Part shown: positions 20,967 to 31,544 of the stretch, one piece after another
How the letters are laid out: each line of letters starts with the position of its first letter
Numbering within the stretch: position 1 is the stretch's first letter
NCBI GenBank assembly: GCA_958413895.1
Contig: CATYVQ010000009.1
Location: forward strand, 7,804 to 71,803
Source: an uncultured Collinsella sp.
Lineage (GTDB): Bacteria > Actinomycetota > Coriobacteriia > Coriobacteriales > Coriobacteriaceae
Reading direction: 5' to 3'
DNA length: 64,000 bases
Notes under the pieces: model-generated
Databases searched by the model: none
The model's input: only the letters and a program-made list of their open reading frames with translations
What the model was told of the DNA's origin: nothing
Position numbers and translations under genes: made by a program

Positions 20967-22223
20967 TTACATCCCCGTTAGCAGCACGATGTCGAGAATC
21001 GTCACGATGACGCCGATCCCTACGAGCAGCGCGTTGAGCGGGCGCGAGTTGGCGTATTTGCCCATAACGCGGGGCGAACTGGTGAGTCGTATGAGCACAA
21101 AGACCGTAATCGGCAACTGAAGCGACAACAATGCCTGACTCCAGATGAGACCCTCAAAAGGATTCGGGACGATCAGGCACGCCGCCACTGCGCCGACGAA
21201 ACAGACCGCCACTCCAATCGATGAGTGCCGGTCGTGGATGTCGTATTCCTCGTCGAACATGCCCGCGGTGATGGTTCCCGCCGCCATGCCCGCTGTCACG
21301 CTGCTCGATAGTCCCGCGAACAGCAGCGCTACCGCAAAGATGGTCGAGCTCGCCGGGCCCAAGATGGGGGAGAGCGTGGCCGCTGCGACGGCGAGGTCGT
21401 CTACGACAATGCCGTGCGCAAAGAAGGTCGTTGCGGCCAGGATGACCATGGCCGAGTTGATCGCCCAGCCCACGCCCATCGAAAAGAGCGTGTCGAAGAG
21501 CTCATAGCGCAGACGCTCTTCGATAACCTGCTCGCCTTGGCCTTCGAAGTGCATGGATTGGATGACCTCGGAGTGCAGGAAGAGGTTGTGGGGCATAACG
21601 ACCGCGCCTAGGACACTTACGATAATCGCGGCCGAGCCGGTGGGCATACGGGGTGTGATCCAGCTTGTGGCGGCTTGCGGCCAGTCGACGTTGACTAGTG
21701 CAAGCTCGGCCAAAAACGAAAGTCCTACCACGCCCACGAAGGCGATGATCCATCGCTCGGCGCGTTTGTAGGAGCTTGTCATGAGCATGGCAATCGATGC
21801 CGCCGCGACGATGACGCAGCCGGCGCGTACGGGCAGGCCAAAGAGCATTTGAAGCGCGATCGCACCGCCCAGGACTTCGGCCATGGCGGTGGCGATGGTC
21901 GCGAGGTAGGCGCTGGCGAGCACCGTGCGCCCAACGAAGCGGGGGAGAAAGCGGGTCGTGGCCTCGGCAAGGCAGGCGCCCGTGGCGATGCCCAGGTGCG
22001 CCGCGTTGTGCTGCAAGACGATCAGCATAATCGTGGACAGCGTGACGATCCACAGCAGCGCGTAGCCAAACTGCGAGCCCGCGGCCATATTGGAGGCCCA
22101 GTTGCCCGGGTCGATAAAGCCGACGGTCACGAGCAATCCGGGGCCGATATGCCGTGCGATGTCGAGTCCTCCGTGACCGCCGGTGCGTCGGGAGCCAAAA
22201 TGATGTTTGAGATGGTTGATCAT
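20967..22223 (-). CDS. mntH: Nramp family Mn2+/Fe2+ transporter
   Basis: DPGNW and MPHNLFLHS signature motifs; AGGAG RBS. Confidence 0.92.
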   Translation of the reverse strand: MINHLKHHFGSRRTGGHGGLDIARHIGPGLLVTVGFIDPGNWASNMAAGSQFGYALLWIVTLSTIMLIVLQHNAAHLGIATGACLAEATTRFLPRFVGRTVLASAYLATIATAMAEVLGGAIALQMLFGLPVRAGCVIVAAASIAMLMTSSYKRAERWIIAFVGVVGLSFLAELALVNVDWPQAATSWITPRMPTGSAAIIVSVLGAVVMPHNLFLHSEVIQSMHFEGQGEQVIEERLRYELFDTLFSMGVGWAINSAMVILAATTFFAHGIVVDDLAVAAATLSPILGPASSTIFAVALLFAGLSSSVTAGMAAGTITAGMFDEEYDIHDRHSSIGVAVCFVGAVAACLIVPNPFEGLIWSQALLSLQLPITVFVLIRLTSSPRVMGKYANSRPLNALLVGIGVIVTILDIVLLTGM

Positions 22224-22279
22224 GGTGCGCTCCTGCGTGCCGTTTGCTTGACGCCGGAAAGGATACCCGTTTTAGGCTC

Positions 22280-22303
22280 AAAAGTTAATCAAGACTAACA
22301 AAA
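22280..22303. promoter_or_regulatory. Putative DtxR/MntR-type operator upstream of mntH
   Basis: AT-rich imperfect palindrome gttaatcaagactaac about 60 nt upstream of the start. Confidence 0.4.
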
Positions 22304-22343
22304 TTGCTGTATTTGAATAGGATGGTGAAAGGGGGCTGCGAAA

Positions 22344-22402
22344 TGTCTTGATCTGTAACAACTAGGGATGGAAATTGGGTCTTACTGTTACAGATTGAGA
22401 TG
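22344..22402. repeat. Family A inverted repeat, solo unit (16-bp arms, 27-nt spacer)
   Basis: tgtcttgatctgtaac-N27-gttacagattgagatg. Confidence 0.9.
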
Positions 22403-22584
22403 TTTGAAGCGGTGAGCTTACAGGTCGAACTTGGGGCCCTTGTTGCCGTCCTTGAGGTCGGCGGTGTCCACTCGTAGGGTGTGCGTTACGCGATTGTTTC
22501 GAAACGGGCGGGAAACACAACGGGCCGGCGGTGCTCCTAGTATGCCTATTCAACTGACTGTCTAATATCTAGGGGAGGATCGCG

Positions 22585-25500
22585 ATGCAGGCAGATTCCG
22601 CTCAGCAGCAGGGCCTTTATCGCCCCGAATTCGACCACGATGCATGCGGCATCGGCGCGCTTGCCGATATCAACGGTGAGCGCCATCACCAGATTCTGGA
22701 CGATGCACTGTCCATTCTGGTCAACTTGGAGCACCGCGGTGGCACCGGACTCGAGAAGAACACCGGCGACGGCGCTGGTATCCTGTTCCAGGTTCCGCAT
22801 CACTTTTTCCGTAAAGAGGCTCAAAAGTGTGGCCAGATTCTGCCGGCAGAGGGCGACTATGGCGTGGCCATGCTGTTCTTCCCGCAGGACGAGAAGGGCG
22901 TAGAGGATGCCCGCCGCGTGTTTGAGGAGGGCTGCGCCGAGGCCGGCGTGCCGCTGCTCTTTTGGCGCGAGGTGCCGGTTGACCCGCACGACCTGGGCGA
23001 GACGGCCCGCGCCTGTATGCCCACTATCCTGCAGGCCTTCCTGGGCCGTCCGGACGACACGCCCGCCGGCGATGCCTTCGAGCGCCGCCTGTACGTGTGC
23101 CGCCGCACCATCGAGAAGAAGGCCGACGCTGAGTTTGCCCTGCGCGACAAAATCTTCTATGTATGCTCCATGAGCTCGCGCACCATCGTGTACAAGGGCA
23201 TGCTGGTCGCCACGCAGATGCGCCGCTTCTTCATCGATCTCAACGACGCCGCCGTCAAGACGGCCGTGGCGCTCGTCCACTCGCGCTACTCCACCAACAC
23301 CACGCCCAGCTGGGAACGCGCGCACCCCAACCGCTTTATCATCCACAACGGCGAGATCAACACCCTCAAGGGCAACGTCAACTGGATTCGCGCCCGCGAA
23401 CCCAACCTGTACAGCCCCGTGCTGCAGCACGATCTTGAGCGTGTGATGCCCATCATCAACCGCGAGGGCTCCGACTCCGCGATTCTGGACAACGTGCTCG
23501 AGTTCTTGGTCATGAACGGCCGTCCGCTCACGCGTGCCGCATCCATGCTGCTGCCCGAGCCGTGGGACCACAACGACAGTCTGAGCGAGGAGCGCCGCAC
23601 CTACGATGCCTACCAGTCCATGCTCATGGAGCCGTGGGATGGCCCGGCGGCCATCGCCTTTACCGACGGTCGCACGCTGGGTGCCGCCCTCGACCGTAAC
23701 GGCCTGCGTCCCGCCCGCTACTATGTGACGCGCGACGGTCGCTTTATGCTGGCAAGCGAGGTGGGCACCATCGAGGTGAGCCCCGAGAACATCCTGACGA
23801 GCGGCTGTCTGGGACCGGGCCAGATGCTCGAGGTTGACTTTGCCCGCGGCCGCGTGATCTACAACGATGAGCTGCGCGCCCGCTATGCCAAGGAAAAACC
23901 CTACCGCGACTGGATTGCCGAGGAGACGCTGACCGTCGACGCGCTCGATGAGCCCGTTGCGACAACGCCCGCCGAGGACGCCGAGGTGCCCGCCGCCGTG
24001 CGTATGGCCAAGCTCGGCTACCATTGGGATGACGTTGACGAAGTCGTGCGTCCCATGGCCCAGCAGGGCAAGGCGCCGCTCGCCTCGATGGGTATCGATG
24101 CGCCGCTGGCCTGCCTGTCCAAGAAGACGCGCTCGTTCTTCGACTACTTCTATCAGCTGTTCGCCCAGGTCACGAACCCGCCGATCGATGCCCTGCGCGA
24201 GCATATGGTCACCTCGACCACGCTCTACCTGGGCAACCACGGCAACCTGCTCGAGGATTCCCGCACGGCCTGCCAGCTGGTGCGCTTGGAGCGTCCGCTG
24301 CTGAGCGAGGAGGAGTTCGAGTGTATCTGCGCCATCGACCGCGTGGGCTTTAAGACCCGCCGTTTCCGTGCCGTGTACCGCCGCGACGCCGGCGAGGGCG
24401 CGCTGCAGGCTGCGCTCAAGCAGCTTGCAGAGGATGTTGAGGCTGCGGTCCGCGACGGCGTGAACATCGTGGTGTTGAGCGATCGCGCCGCTGCGGGTGA
24501 GGTGCCCGTGCCGTCGCTGCTCGCCGTGGGCTGCGTGCACAACCACCTGATCCGCGCCGGCGTGCGTACCTTTGCCGACATCGTGGTGGAGTGCGGCGAC
24601 GCCGTGTCTCCGCACGACTTTGCGGCGCTGGTGGGCTACTCCGCGAGCGGCATCTATCCGTACAACGCACATGCGTGCATCCGCGATCTGGCGGCACGCG
24701 GCGACCTGGACGTGACGGCCGAGCAGGGCATCGCCAACTACAACAAGGCTGCGACCGCCGGCATCGTTTCCATCATGTCCAAGATGGGCATCTCCACGGT
24801 GCAGAGCTACCATTCGGCGCAGATCTTCGAGGCCGTGGGCTTCACTCCGGAGTTCGTCAACGCGTATTTCGCCGGCACGGTGAGCCGTGTGGGCGGTATG
24901 GGTGTCGAGGACGTCGAGCGCGAGCAGAATGAGCGCTACGACGCCGCGCTCGCTATCCTTAAGAGCCCGGCTCCCGATCAGCTGCCCACGCTGGGTCTGA
25001 CCAAGTGGCGCCCGCTCGGCGGCGAGGATCACCTTATCGACCCGCAGACCGTCTACCTGCTGCAGACCGCCTGCCGCGAGGACAGCTACGACACCTTTAA
25101 GGAGTACAGCGCCCGCCTGCACCGCACCGGCCGTGCCGTGCGCCTGCGTGACCTGCTGGACTTTAATGCCAACGGTCGCACGCCGGTTTCGCTCGACGAG
25201 GTGGAGCCCGCGCTCAACATCGTCCGCCGCTTTAACACCGGCGCCATGTCGTACGGTTCCATCAGCAAAGAGGCACACGAGTGCATGGCCATCGCCATGA
25301 ACCGCCTGCACGGTCGTTCCAACTCGGGCGAGGGCGGCGAGGATCCGCGTCGCGAGACCCCGCTGGCCAACGGTGACTCCAAGAATTCCGCCATCAAGCA
25401 GGTGGCAAGCGCGCGCTTTGGCGTGACGAGCCGCTACCTGTGCAGCGCCTTCGAGATTCAGATCAAGATGGCCCAGGGCGCCAAGCCCGGTGAGGGCGGT

Positions 25501-27288
25501 CACCTGCCCGGCAAGAAGGTCTACCCCTGGATTGCCGAGGTCCGTCAGTCCACGCCCGGCATCGGCCTGATTTCGCCTCCGCCGCACCACGACATCTACT
25601 CCATCGAGGACTTGGCAGAGCTGATCTTCGATCTTAAGAACGCCAACCCCGGCGCGCGCGTGTCGGTCAAGCTGGTCAGCGAGGCCGGCGTCGGCACCAT
25701 CGCCACCGGCGTGGCCAAGGGCGCTGCCGACAAGATTTTGATCAGCGGCCACAATGGCGGCTCGGGTGCCGCTGCGCGCGACTCTATCTGGCACGCGGGT
25801 CTGCCGCTGGAGCTTGGCCTTGCCGAGGCCCAGCAGACGCTGCTGCAAAACGGTTTGCGCTCACGCGTGGTGCTCGAGGCCGATGGCAAGCTCATGGACG
25901 GCACCGACGTCGCCGTCGCCTGCCTGCTGGGTGCCGAGGAGTTTGGCTTTGCGACCATGCCGCTCATCTCCATGGGCTGCCTCATGCAGCGCGACTGCCA
26001 GCAGGATACCTGCCCGGCCGGCATCGCTACGCAAAACTGCCGCCTGCGTCGCGGCTTCCGCGGCAAGCCAGAGCACGTCGAGCACTTTATGCTCTTTGTT
26101 GCCGAGCAGCTGCGCGAGGTCATGGCGAGCCTGGGCTTCCGCACCGTCGACGAGATGGTCGGCCATCCCGAGTGCCTGCGCCAGATCGAGGTCCCGGGCA
26201 ACCGCAAGGCCAACCTGCTCGATCTGTCGCCCGTGCTGGCAAGCGCGACCTGTGAGTTTGGTGCCCACATCCCGGGCGCCGACGGCCGTCACTTCCTGCC
26301 CCAGATGGCTGCGGACAGCGAGCTCGATAAGACGCTCGACTCCACGTTGTTTGTGCCCTATACGGCCGATGCCCGTGCGCACCTGCGTCCGATTCGCTTT
26401 CGCGCCGATATCGCCAACGTCAACCGCTGCGTGGGCACCATCTTGGGCAACGCGGTGACCAAGGCGCATCCCGAGGGCCTGCCCGCCGGCTCCATCACCA
26501 TCGATTGCGATGGTTCGGCCGGTCAGAGCTTTGGCGCCTTCCTGCCGCGCGGCATTACGCTCAACGTGTGCGGCGACGCCAACGACTACTTTGGCAAGGG
26601 CCTTTCGGGCGGCGAGGTGTCGGTGCGCCCCAACCCGCATGCGACCTACAAGTTCGACGAGAACATCATCGTGGGCAACGTGGCCTTCTTTGGCGCTACG
26701 AGCGGTCGCGGCTTCATTAACGGCCTGGCCGGCCAGCGCTTTGGCGTACGCAACTCCGGTGCCACCGTGGTGGTCGAGGGCTGCGGCAACCATGGCTGCG
26801 AGTACATGACGGGAGGTCTGGCGCTCATCCTGGGCGAGGTCGGGCAGAACTTCGCCGCCGGCATGACGGGCGGCGTGGCTTACGTCTTTGACCAGTACGG
26901 CACGCTCGATGCCCGTGTGAACCACGAGAGCGTTGAGCTTAAAGCCCCGACGGCCGGTGAGCTGGCGCAGATTCGCGAGCTCATCCAGGAGCACGTGGAC
27001 GCGACGCAGAGCCCGCGCGGCATTAAGCTGCTCTACAGCTTTGAGACGATGAGCAAGCACTTTGTGAAGGTCATTCCAACCGAGTACGAGCGCGTGCTGG
27101 CGATTGTCGCCGCCGCCGAGGCCGTCGGCAAGACGCATGCGCAGGCCGAGGAGCTGGCGTTTGACATTGTGACCGGTCGCGCCGACGCCGCCGATGTCGC
27201 TCGCTTTGATGTGGCGGGTGGTGCTGCTGGCGCGGGCGCTGCGTCCGTGGCTGCCAGCTCTGTTGCTTCGACCAAGAAGGAGGCGTAA
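22585..27288 (+). CDS. gltB: Glutamate synthase large subunit
   Basis: HDACGIG amidotransferase Cys, HSRYSTNT, QGAKPGEGG, 3Fe-4S Cys motif, GXGXG C-terminal domain. Confidence 0.97.
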   Translation: MQADSAQQQGLYRPEFDHDACGIGALADINGERHHQILDDALSILVNLEHRGGTGLEKNTGDGAGILFQVPHHFFRKEAQKCGQILPAEGDYGVAMLFFPQDEKGVEDARRVFEEGCAEAGVPLLFWREVPVDPHDLGETARACMPTILQAFLGRPDDTPAGDAFERRLYVCRRTIEKKADAEFALRDKIFYVCSMSSRTIVYKGMLVATQMRRFFIDLNDAAVKTAVALVHSRYSTNTTPSWERAHPNRFIIHNGEINTLKGNVNWIRAREPNLYSPVLQHDLERVMPIINREGSDSAILDNVLEFLVMNGRPLTRAASMLLPEPWDHNDSLSEERRTYDAYQSMLMEPWDGPAAIAFTDGRTLGAALDRNGLRPARYYVTRDGRFMLASEVGTIEVSPENILTSGCLGPGQMLEVDFARGRVIYNDELRARYAKEKPYRDWIAEETLTVDALDEPVATTPAEDAEVPAAVRMAKLGYHWDDVDEVVRPMAQQGKAPLASMGIDAPLACLSKKTRSFFDYFYQLFAQVTNPPIDALREHMVTSTTLYLGNHGNLLEDSRTACQLVRLERPLLSEEEFECICAIDRVGFKTRRFRAVYRRDAGEGALQAALKQLAEDVEAAVRDGVNIVVLSDRAAAGEVPVPSLLAVGCVHNHLIRAGVRTFADIVVECGDAVSPHDFAALVGYSASGIYPYNAHACIRDLAARGDLDVTAEQGIANYNKAATAGIVSIMSKMGISTVQSYHSAQIFEAVGFTPEFVNAYFAGTVSRVGGMGVEDVEREQNERYDAALAILKSPAPDQLPTLGLTKWRPLGGEDHLIDPQTVYLLQTACREDSYDTFKEYSARLHRTGRAVRLRDLLDFNANGRTPVSLDEVEPALNIVRRFNTGAMSYGSISKEAHECMAIAMNRLHGRSNSGEGGEDPRRETPLANGDSKNSAIKQVASARFGVTSRYLCSAFEIQIKMAQGAKPGEGGHLPGKKVYPWIAEVRQSTPGIGLISPPPHHDIYSIEDLAELIFDLKNANPGARVSVKLVSEAGVGTIATGVAKGAADKILISGHNGGSGAAARDSIWHAGLPLELGLAEAQQTLLQNGLRSRVVLEADGKLMDGTDVAVACLLGAEEFGFATMPLISMGCLMQRDCQQDTCPAGIATQNCRLRRGFRGKPEHVEHFMLFVAEQLREVMASLGFRTVDEMVGHPECLRQIEVPGNRKANLLDLSPVLASATCEFGAHIPGADGRHFLPQMAADSELDKTLDSTLFVPYTADARAHLRPIRFRADIANVNRCVGTILGNAVTKAHPEGLPAGSITIDCDGSAGQSFGAFLPRGITLNVCGDANDYFGKGLSGGEVSVRPNPHATYKFDENIIVGNVAFFGATSGRGFINGLAGQRFGVRNSGATVVVEGCGNHGCEYMTGGLALILGEVGQNFAAGMTGGVAYVFDQYGTLDARVNHESVELKAPTAGELAQIRELIQEHVDATQSPRGIKLLYSFETMSKHFVKVIPTEYERVLAIVAAAEAVGKTHAQAEELAFDIVTGRADAADVARFDVAGGAAGAGAASVAASSVASTKKEA

Positions 27289-27293
27289 GTGCC

Positions 27294-28775
<1,482 letters not shown>

Positions 28776-28827
28776 GGCGGCTGTCCACAGCTGAATCGTC
28801 AAGGGCTGTCCCCAACGGCCGGCCCAA

Positions 28828-28894
28828 AAGGAACGTCCCCAAGTGCCGGCAGCTGGGGACGTTCCTTATGTGCCGGCATTCGGGGACACTCCTT
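28828..28894. repeat. GGGGACGTTCC-type REP-like palindromic cluster; inverted copy at 44371-44418
   Basis: aaggaacgtcccca-N12-tggggacgttcctt, then gccggcattcggggacactcctt. Confidence 0.75.
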
Positions 28895-29190
28895 GCGGGT
28901 TTGCGACCGATTTGTTCGTTTGTCGACGTACGGGTGTTCATTTGTCGACTTCTTGGGCTGTGGTCACCTGTTGTTTCTGTGGTGGCTGCGGGTATCTGGC
29001 TCAAAAGGGCGGGTTGGCCGTCTATGTTTACCTGCGGTTTTGTTGCGGTGCGCATTTTCGGTCAAGCTTTTCGTCAAGTGTTTGGTCAGCATCTGGTTTG
29101 CAGCCGGAGGCCTATTTTGCCCGCGCTGGTCGTGACTGCCCACCCTCCTCGTAAGCTCAAATTGAGGTCCATCAGTTTGAGGAGGATGCC

Positions 29191-29898
29191 ATGACTGATC
29201 ACGCTTTAGATCGAGCGCATCTGGCTGAAGCCGTCGGCAACGATATTGCCGACATGGCCCATTTTTGGATGCTGCGGAAGTTTCAGTTTTTGGAGCCGGC
29301 GCGCGAGCAGTTTGAGATCATTGTCGACCCGTGGCTCAGCTATCGCACCGAGCCTTCGCAAAACGAAATCATGGCCTACAACATGGCATTTACCGATTGG
29401 CTGCTCTTCGAGCGCTCCTATCGCCATGGCAAGACGCTGCTCGAGCTGTATGTTGACGAGCCGCCGGCATCGCTTTCGCCTGCCTCGCTTAAGCGGCTCG
29501 AGCAGGTGCGCGACACACAGTATTTCTCGCGCTTTGGCATTTTGGACAAGGATCCTGCGAACGGCATGGTTGCGCTGAAGGATACGCGCGCCGACCTTCG
29601 CTTTGATGTCTACGACCCGCATATCGTGCAAAAGGAGCATTGGAGCGACGGCGCGATCGCGGTGCGCCTCGCCTGCGTCGACGATGTCTGGCTGACGGCG
29701 GGACAGCTCTATCTGTATGACATCGCGCGCCTGAGTGACACGGCGGTCGATGGACCGGGTGCGGTGCATCCCGAGGATCTGCAGGACGGCTTTGACACCT
29801 CGTGCGTCAGCTTCTTTTTGCGCCTGGTCCGCGACATCATGGGCGCCCAGGGGCGCTACGTAAAGTCCCTCAACATCTACGAACAAGAATGGGAGTAG
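29191..29898 (+). CDS. Hypothetical protein (235 aa)
   Basis: GAGGAGG RBS, host-like codon usage; no recognised domain. Confidence 0.75.
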   Translation: MTDHALDRAHLAEAVGNDIADMAHFWMLRKFQFLEPAREQFEIIVDPWLSYRTEPSQNEIMAYNMAFTDWLLFERSYRHGKTLLELYVDEPPASLSPASLKRLEQVRDTQYFSRFGILDKDPANGMVALKDTRADLRFDVYDPHIVQKEHWSDGAIAVRLACVDDVWLTAGQLYLYDIARLSDTAVDGPGAVHPEDLQDGFDTSCVSFFLRLVRDIMGAQGRYVKSLNIYEQEWE

Positions 29899-29933
29899 GG
29901 GATGTGACTGGTGCCGCCCTACAGCCCTGACTT

Positions 29934-30153
29934 TGTCTCAATCTGTAACGTTTGGCGGCTGTTTGGGCCCGTAACTGTTACAGATTGAGATGTTCGGCAA
30001 CGGGTTGGGAGAATGTCTCGATCTGTAACATCTACAGGCCCAATTTCGACCTTCCTGTTAAAGATTGAGACAAAGGCTGGACGCGGTGTCGAAAGATCTT
30101 GCTCTGTAACAACTAGAGGCTCAAAGACTGTCTTCCTGTTACAGATCAAGACA
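29934..30153. repeat. Family A array of three inverted-repeat units (period 80-81 nt)
   Basis: Units 29934-29992, 30014-30072, 30095-30153; each has 16-bp arms and a 27-nt spacer; linkers 21 and 22 nt. Confidence 0.93.
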
Positions 30154-30178
30154 TTTGCCAGCGGAGGCAACGGTGACG

Positions 30179-31249
30179 ATGGTCCATTTGTCTGACGTGG
30201 TGGTGATGAAAGTGTCTAATACCGTTCTCAAACACAAACATGCGACTCGCAACACGTTGGCGCGGAATAGGATGCTCGCGCGGCTCACGGAGACGGCCAA
30301 GCAAGGTGCGCTGCTCGCAACGCATGACAATACCGAGCTCATGTGGCTGCGACGCCATGTTGGAACCGACGATATCGCGGAGCCCGAGCCGTACCTGTTC
30401 TGTTTTCAGCATGATTGGGATGCATTGACGCCTGCAGAGCGAGCGCTGAGGACTATCAAAGGGCTTGCGGAATTTCATCCCGATTGGGCGTTTTGGGGTT
30501 ATGACGCGGCACTTTTGTGGGGTCTGGAGGTGCCGAATGATCTGCTCGGGCCGCGTTTTCTTGTTAAGACGGGTTGTTCGGTGACGTTGAGCAGCGGGTG
30601 CAGGTTGTTGCGTCCTCAGATGGCGGGAGCGCTTGAGCGCGTCGACGGCGTGCGGGTGACGTCGTTTTGGCGCACGGTGGAGGATTGTCTGCTGCGTGCG
30701 CCGTTTTCGTATGGTCTGGCGATCGCCGATTCTGCATTGCGGGCGAAGGGCGTATCACGTGGGGATTTGTGCGAGCGTCTCCGCGCCGATTGCGAGGGCA
30801 GGCGAGGGTATCGCAGGGCACAGGCGATTGCGTCGTATGCGGACGGGCTGTCCGAAAACGGCGGCGAGTCTCGGTTCCGAGTGTTCTTTATTGCGTACGG
30901 CTTTCCGGTTCCGGAGCTGCAGGCGGAGTTTCGCGACCCGCTCGATCCGAGCCAGGTGTTTCGCGTCGACTATTTTTGGCGGCTCGAGGACGGGACGTGT
31001 GTCATCGGCGAGCTCGACGGAAAGGTGAAGTACACCTTGCAGAACGGCGAGGGCCGGGAGTCGGTCGACCCATTCGTGGCAGAACGTCAACGGGAGTCTC
31101 ATCTGACAATGCTCGGGCACAAGGTGCTTCGGTTTACGTTTAACGAACTCAAAGACCCGGGGAAGCTGGTCGAGAAAATGAGGTTGGCGGGTATTCCGCG
31201 ACGGCCCGATTTGGCTGAGGAGTGGAGACGCCAGTGGTATGGGCGCTGA
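30179..31249 (+). CDS. AbiEi-like N-terminal region plus DUF559/Vsr-like endonuclease-fold protein
   Basis: AALLWGL, GVRVTSFWRTVEDC, ADSALR, SENGGESRFR, PELQ, RVDYFW, GELDGKVKY, ERQRESHL..LGHKVLRF; start uncertain (30173/30179/30206). Confidence 0.78.
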   Translation: MVHLSDVVVMKVSNTVLKHKHATRNTLARNRMLARLTETAKQGALLATHDNTELMWLRRHVGTDDIAEPEPYLFCFQHDWDALTPAERALRTIKGLAEFHPDWAFWGYDAALLWGLEVPNDLLGPRFLVKTGCSVTLSSGCRLLRPQMAGALERVDGVRVTSFWRTVEDCLLRAPFSYGLAIADSALRAKGVSRGDLCERLRADCEGRRGYRRAQAIASYADGLSENGGESRFRVFFIAYGFPVPELQAEFRDPLDPSQVFRVDYFWRLEDGTCVIGELDGKVKYTLQNGEGRESVDPFVAERQRESHLTMLGHKVLRFTFNELKDPGKLVEKMRLAGIPRRPDLAEEWRRQWYGR

Positions 31250-31256
31250 GAGGTTT

Positions 31257-31396
31257 TGTCTCGATCTGTAACGTTTAGAAGTTGTTTGAGTTCGTAATTG
31301 TTGCAGATCGAGACAAACCGGTGAAACGTCGACCGAATGTCCCGATCTGTAACATCAAGGGGCCCAATAACCCTGTACCTGTTACAGATCGAGACA
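31257..31396. repeat. Family A array of two inverted-repeat units
   Basis: Units 31257-31315 and 31338-31396; 27-nt spacers; 22-nt linker; begins 7 nt after the stop codon. Confidence 0.93.
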
Positions 31397-31544
31397 CTTC
31401 CCTGGTGTCGCTGGGGTGGGACTGCAGCGTATTCCGTCCCCCACATCCCCTCTTCCCTCCGTTAACCGATATGTCTGTGGCAATCGGGCTACACTGGATA
31501 ATAATGGACAGATGTTCAAGTTTTCTGAGGGGGAGGAGCTCGAT

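Noticed and set aside
22546..25848. Long antisense ORFs (1100 aa here; also 46038-49124, 40654-42975, 187-1770, 13988-15652)
   Set aside because: These are shadow frames of well-supported genes, expected from high-GC codon bias, with no motifs or RBS.
29934..31396. Canonical CRISPR array
   Set aside because: The repeats alternate in orientation, arms are only 16 bp, spacers are related to one another, and there is no leader or cas gene.
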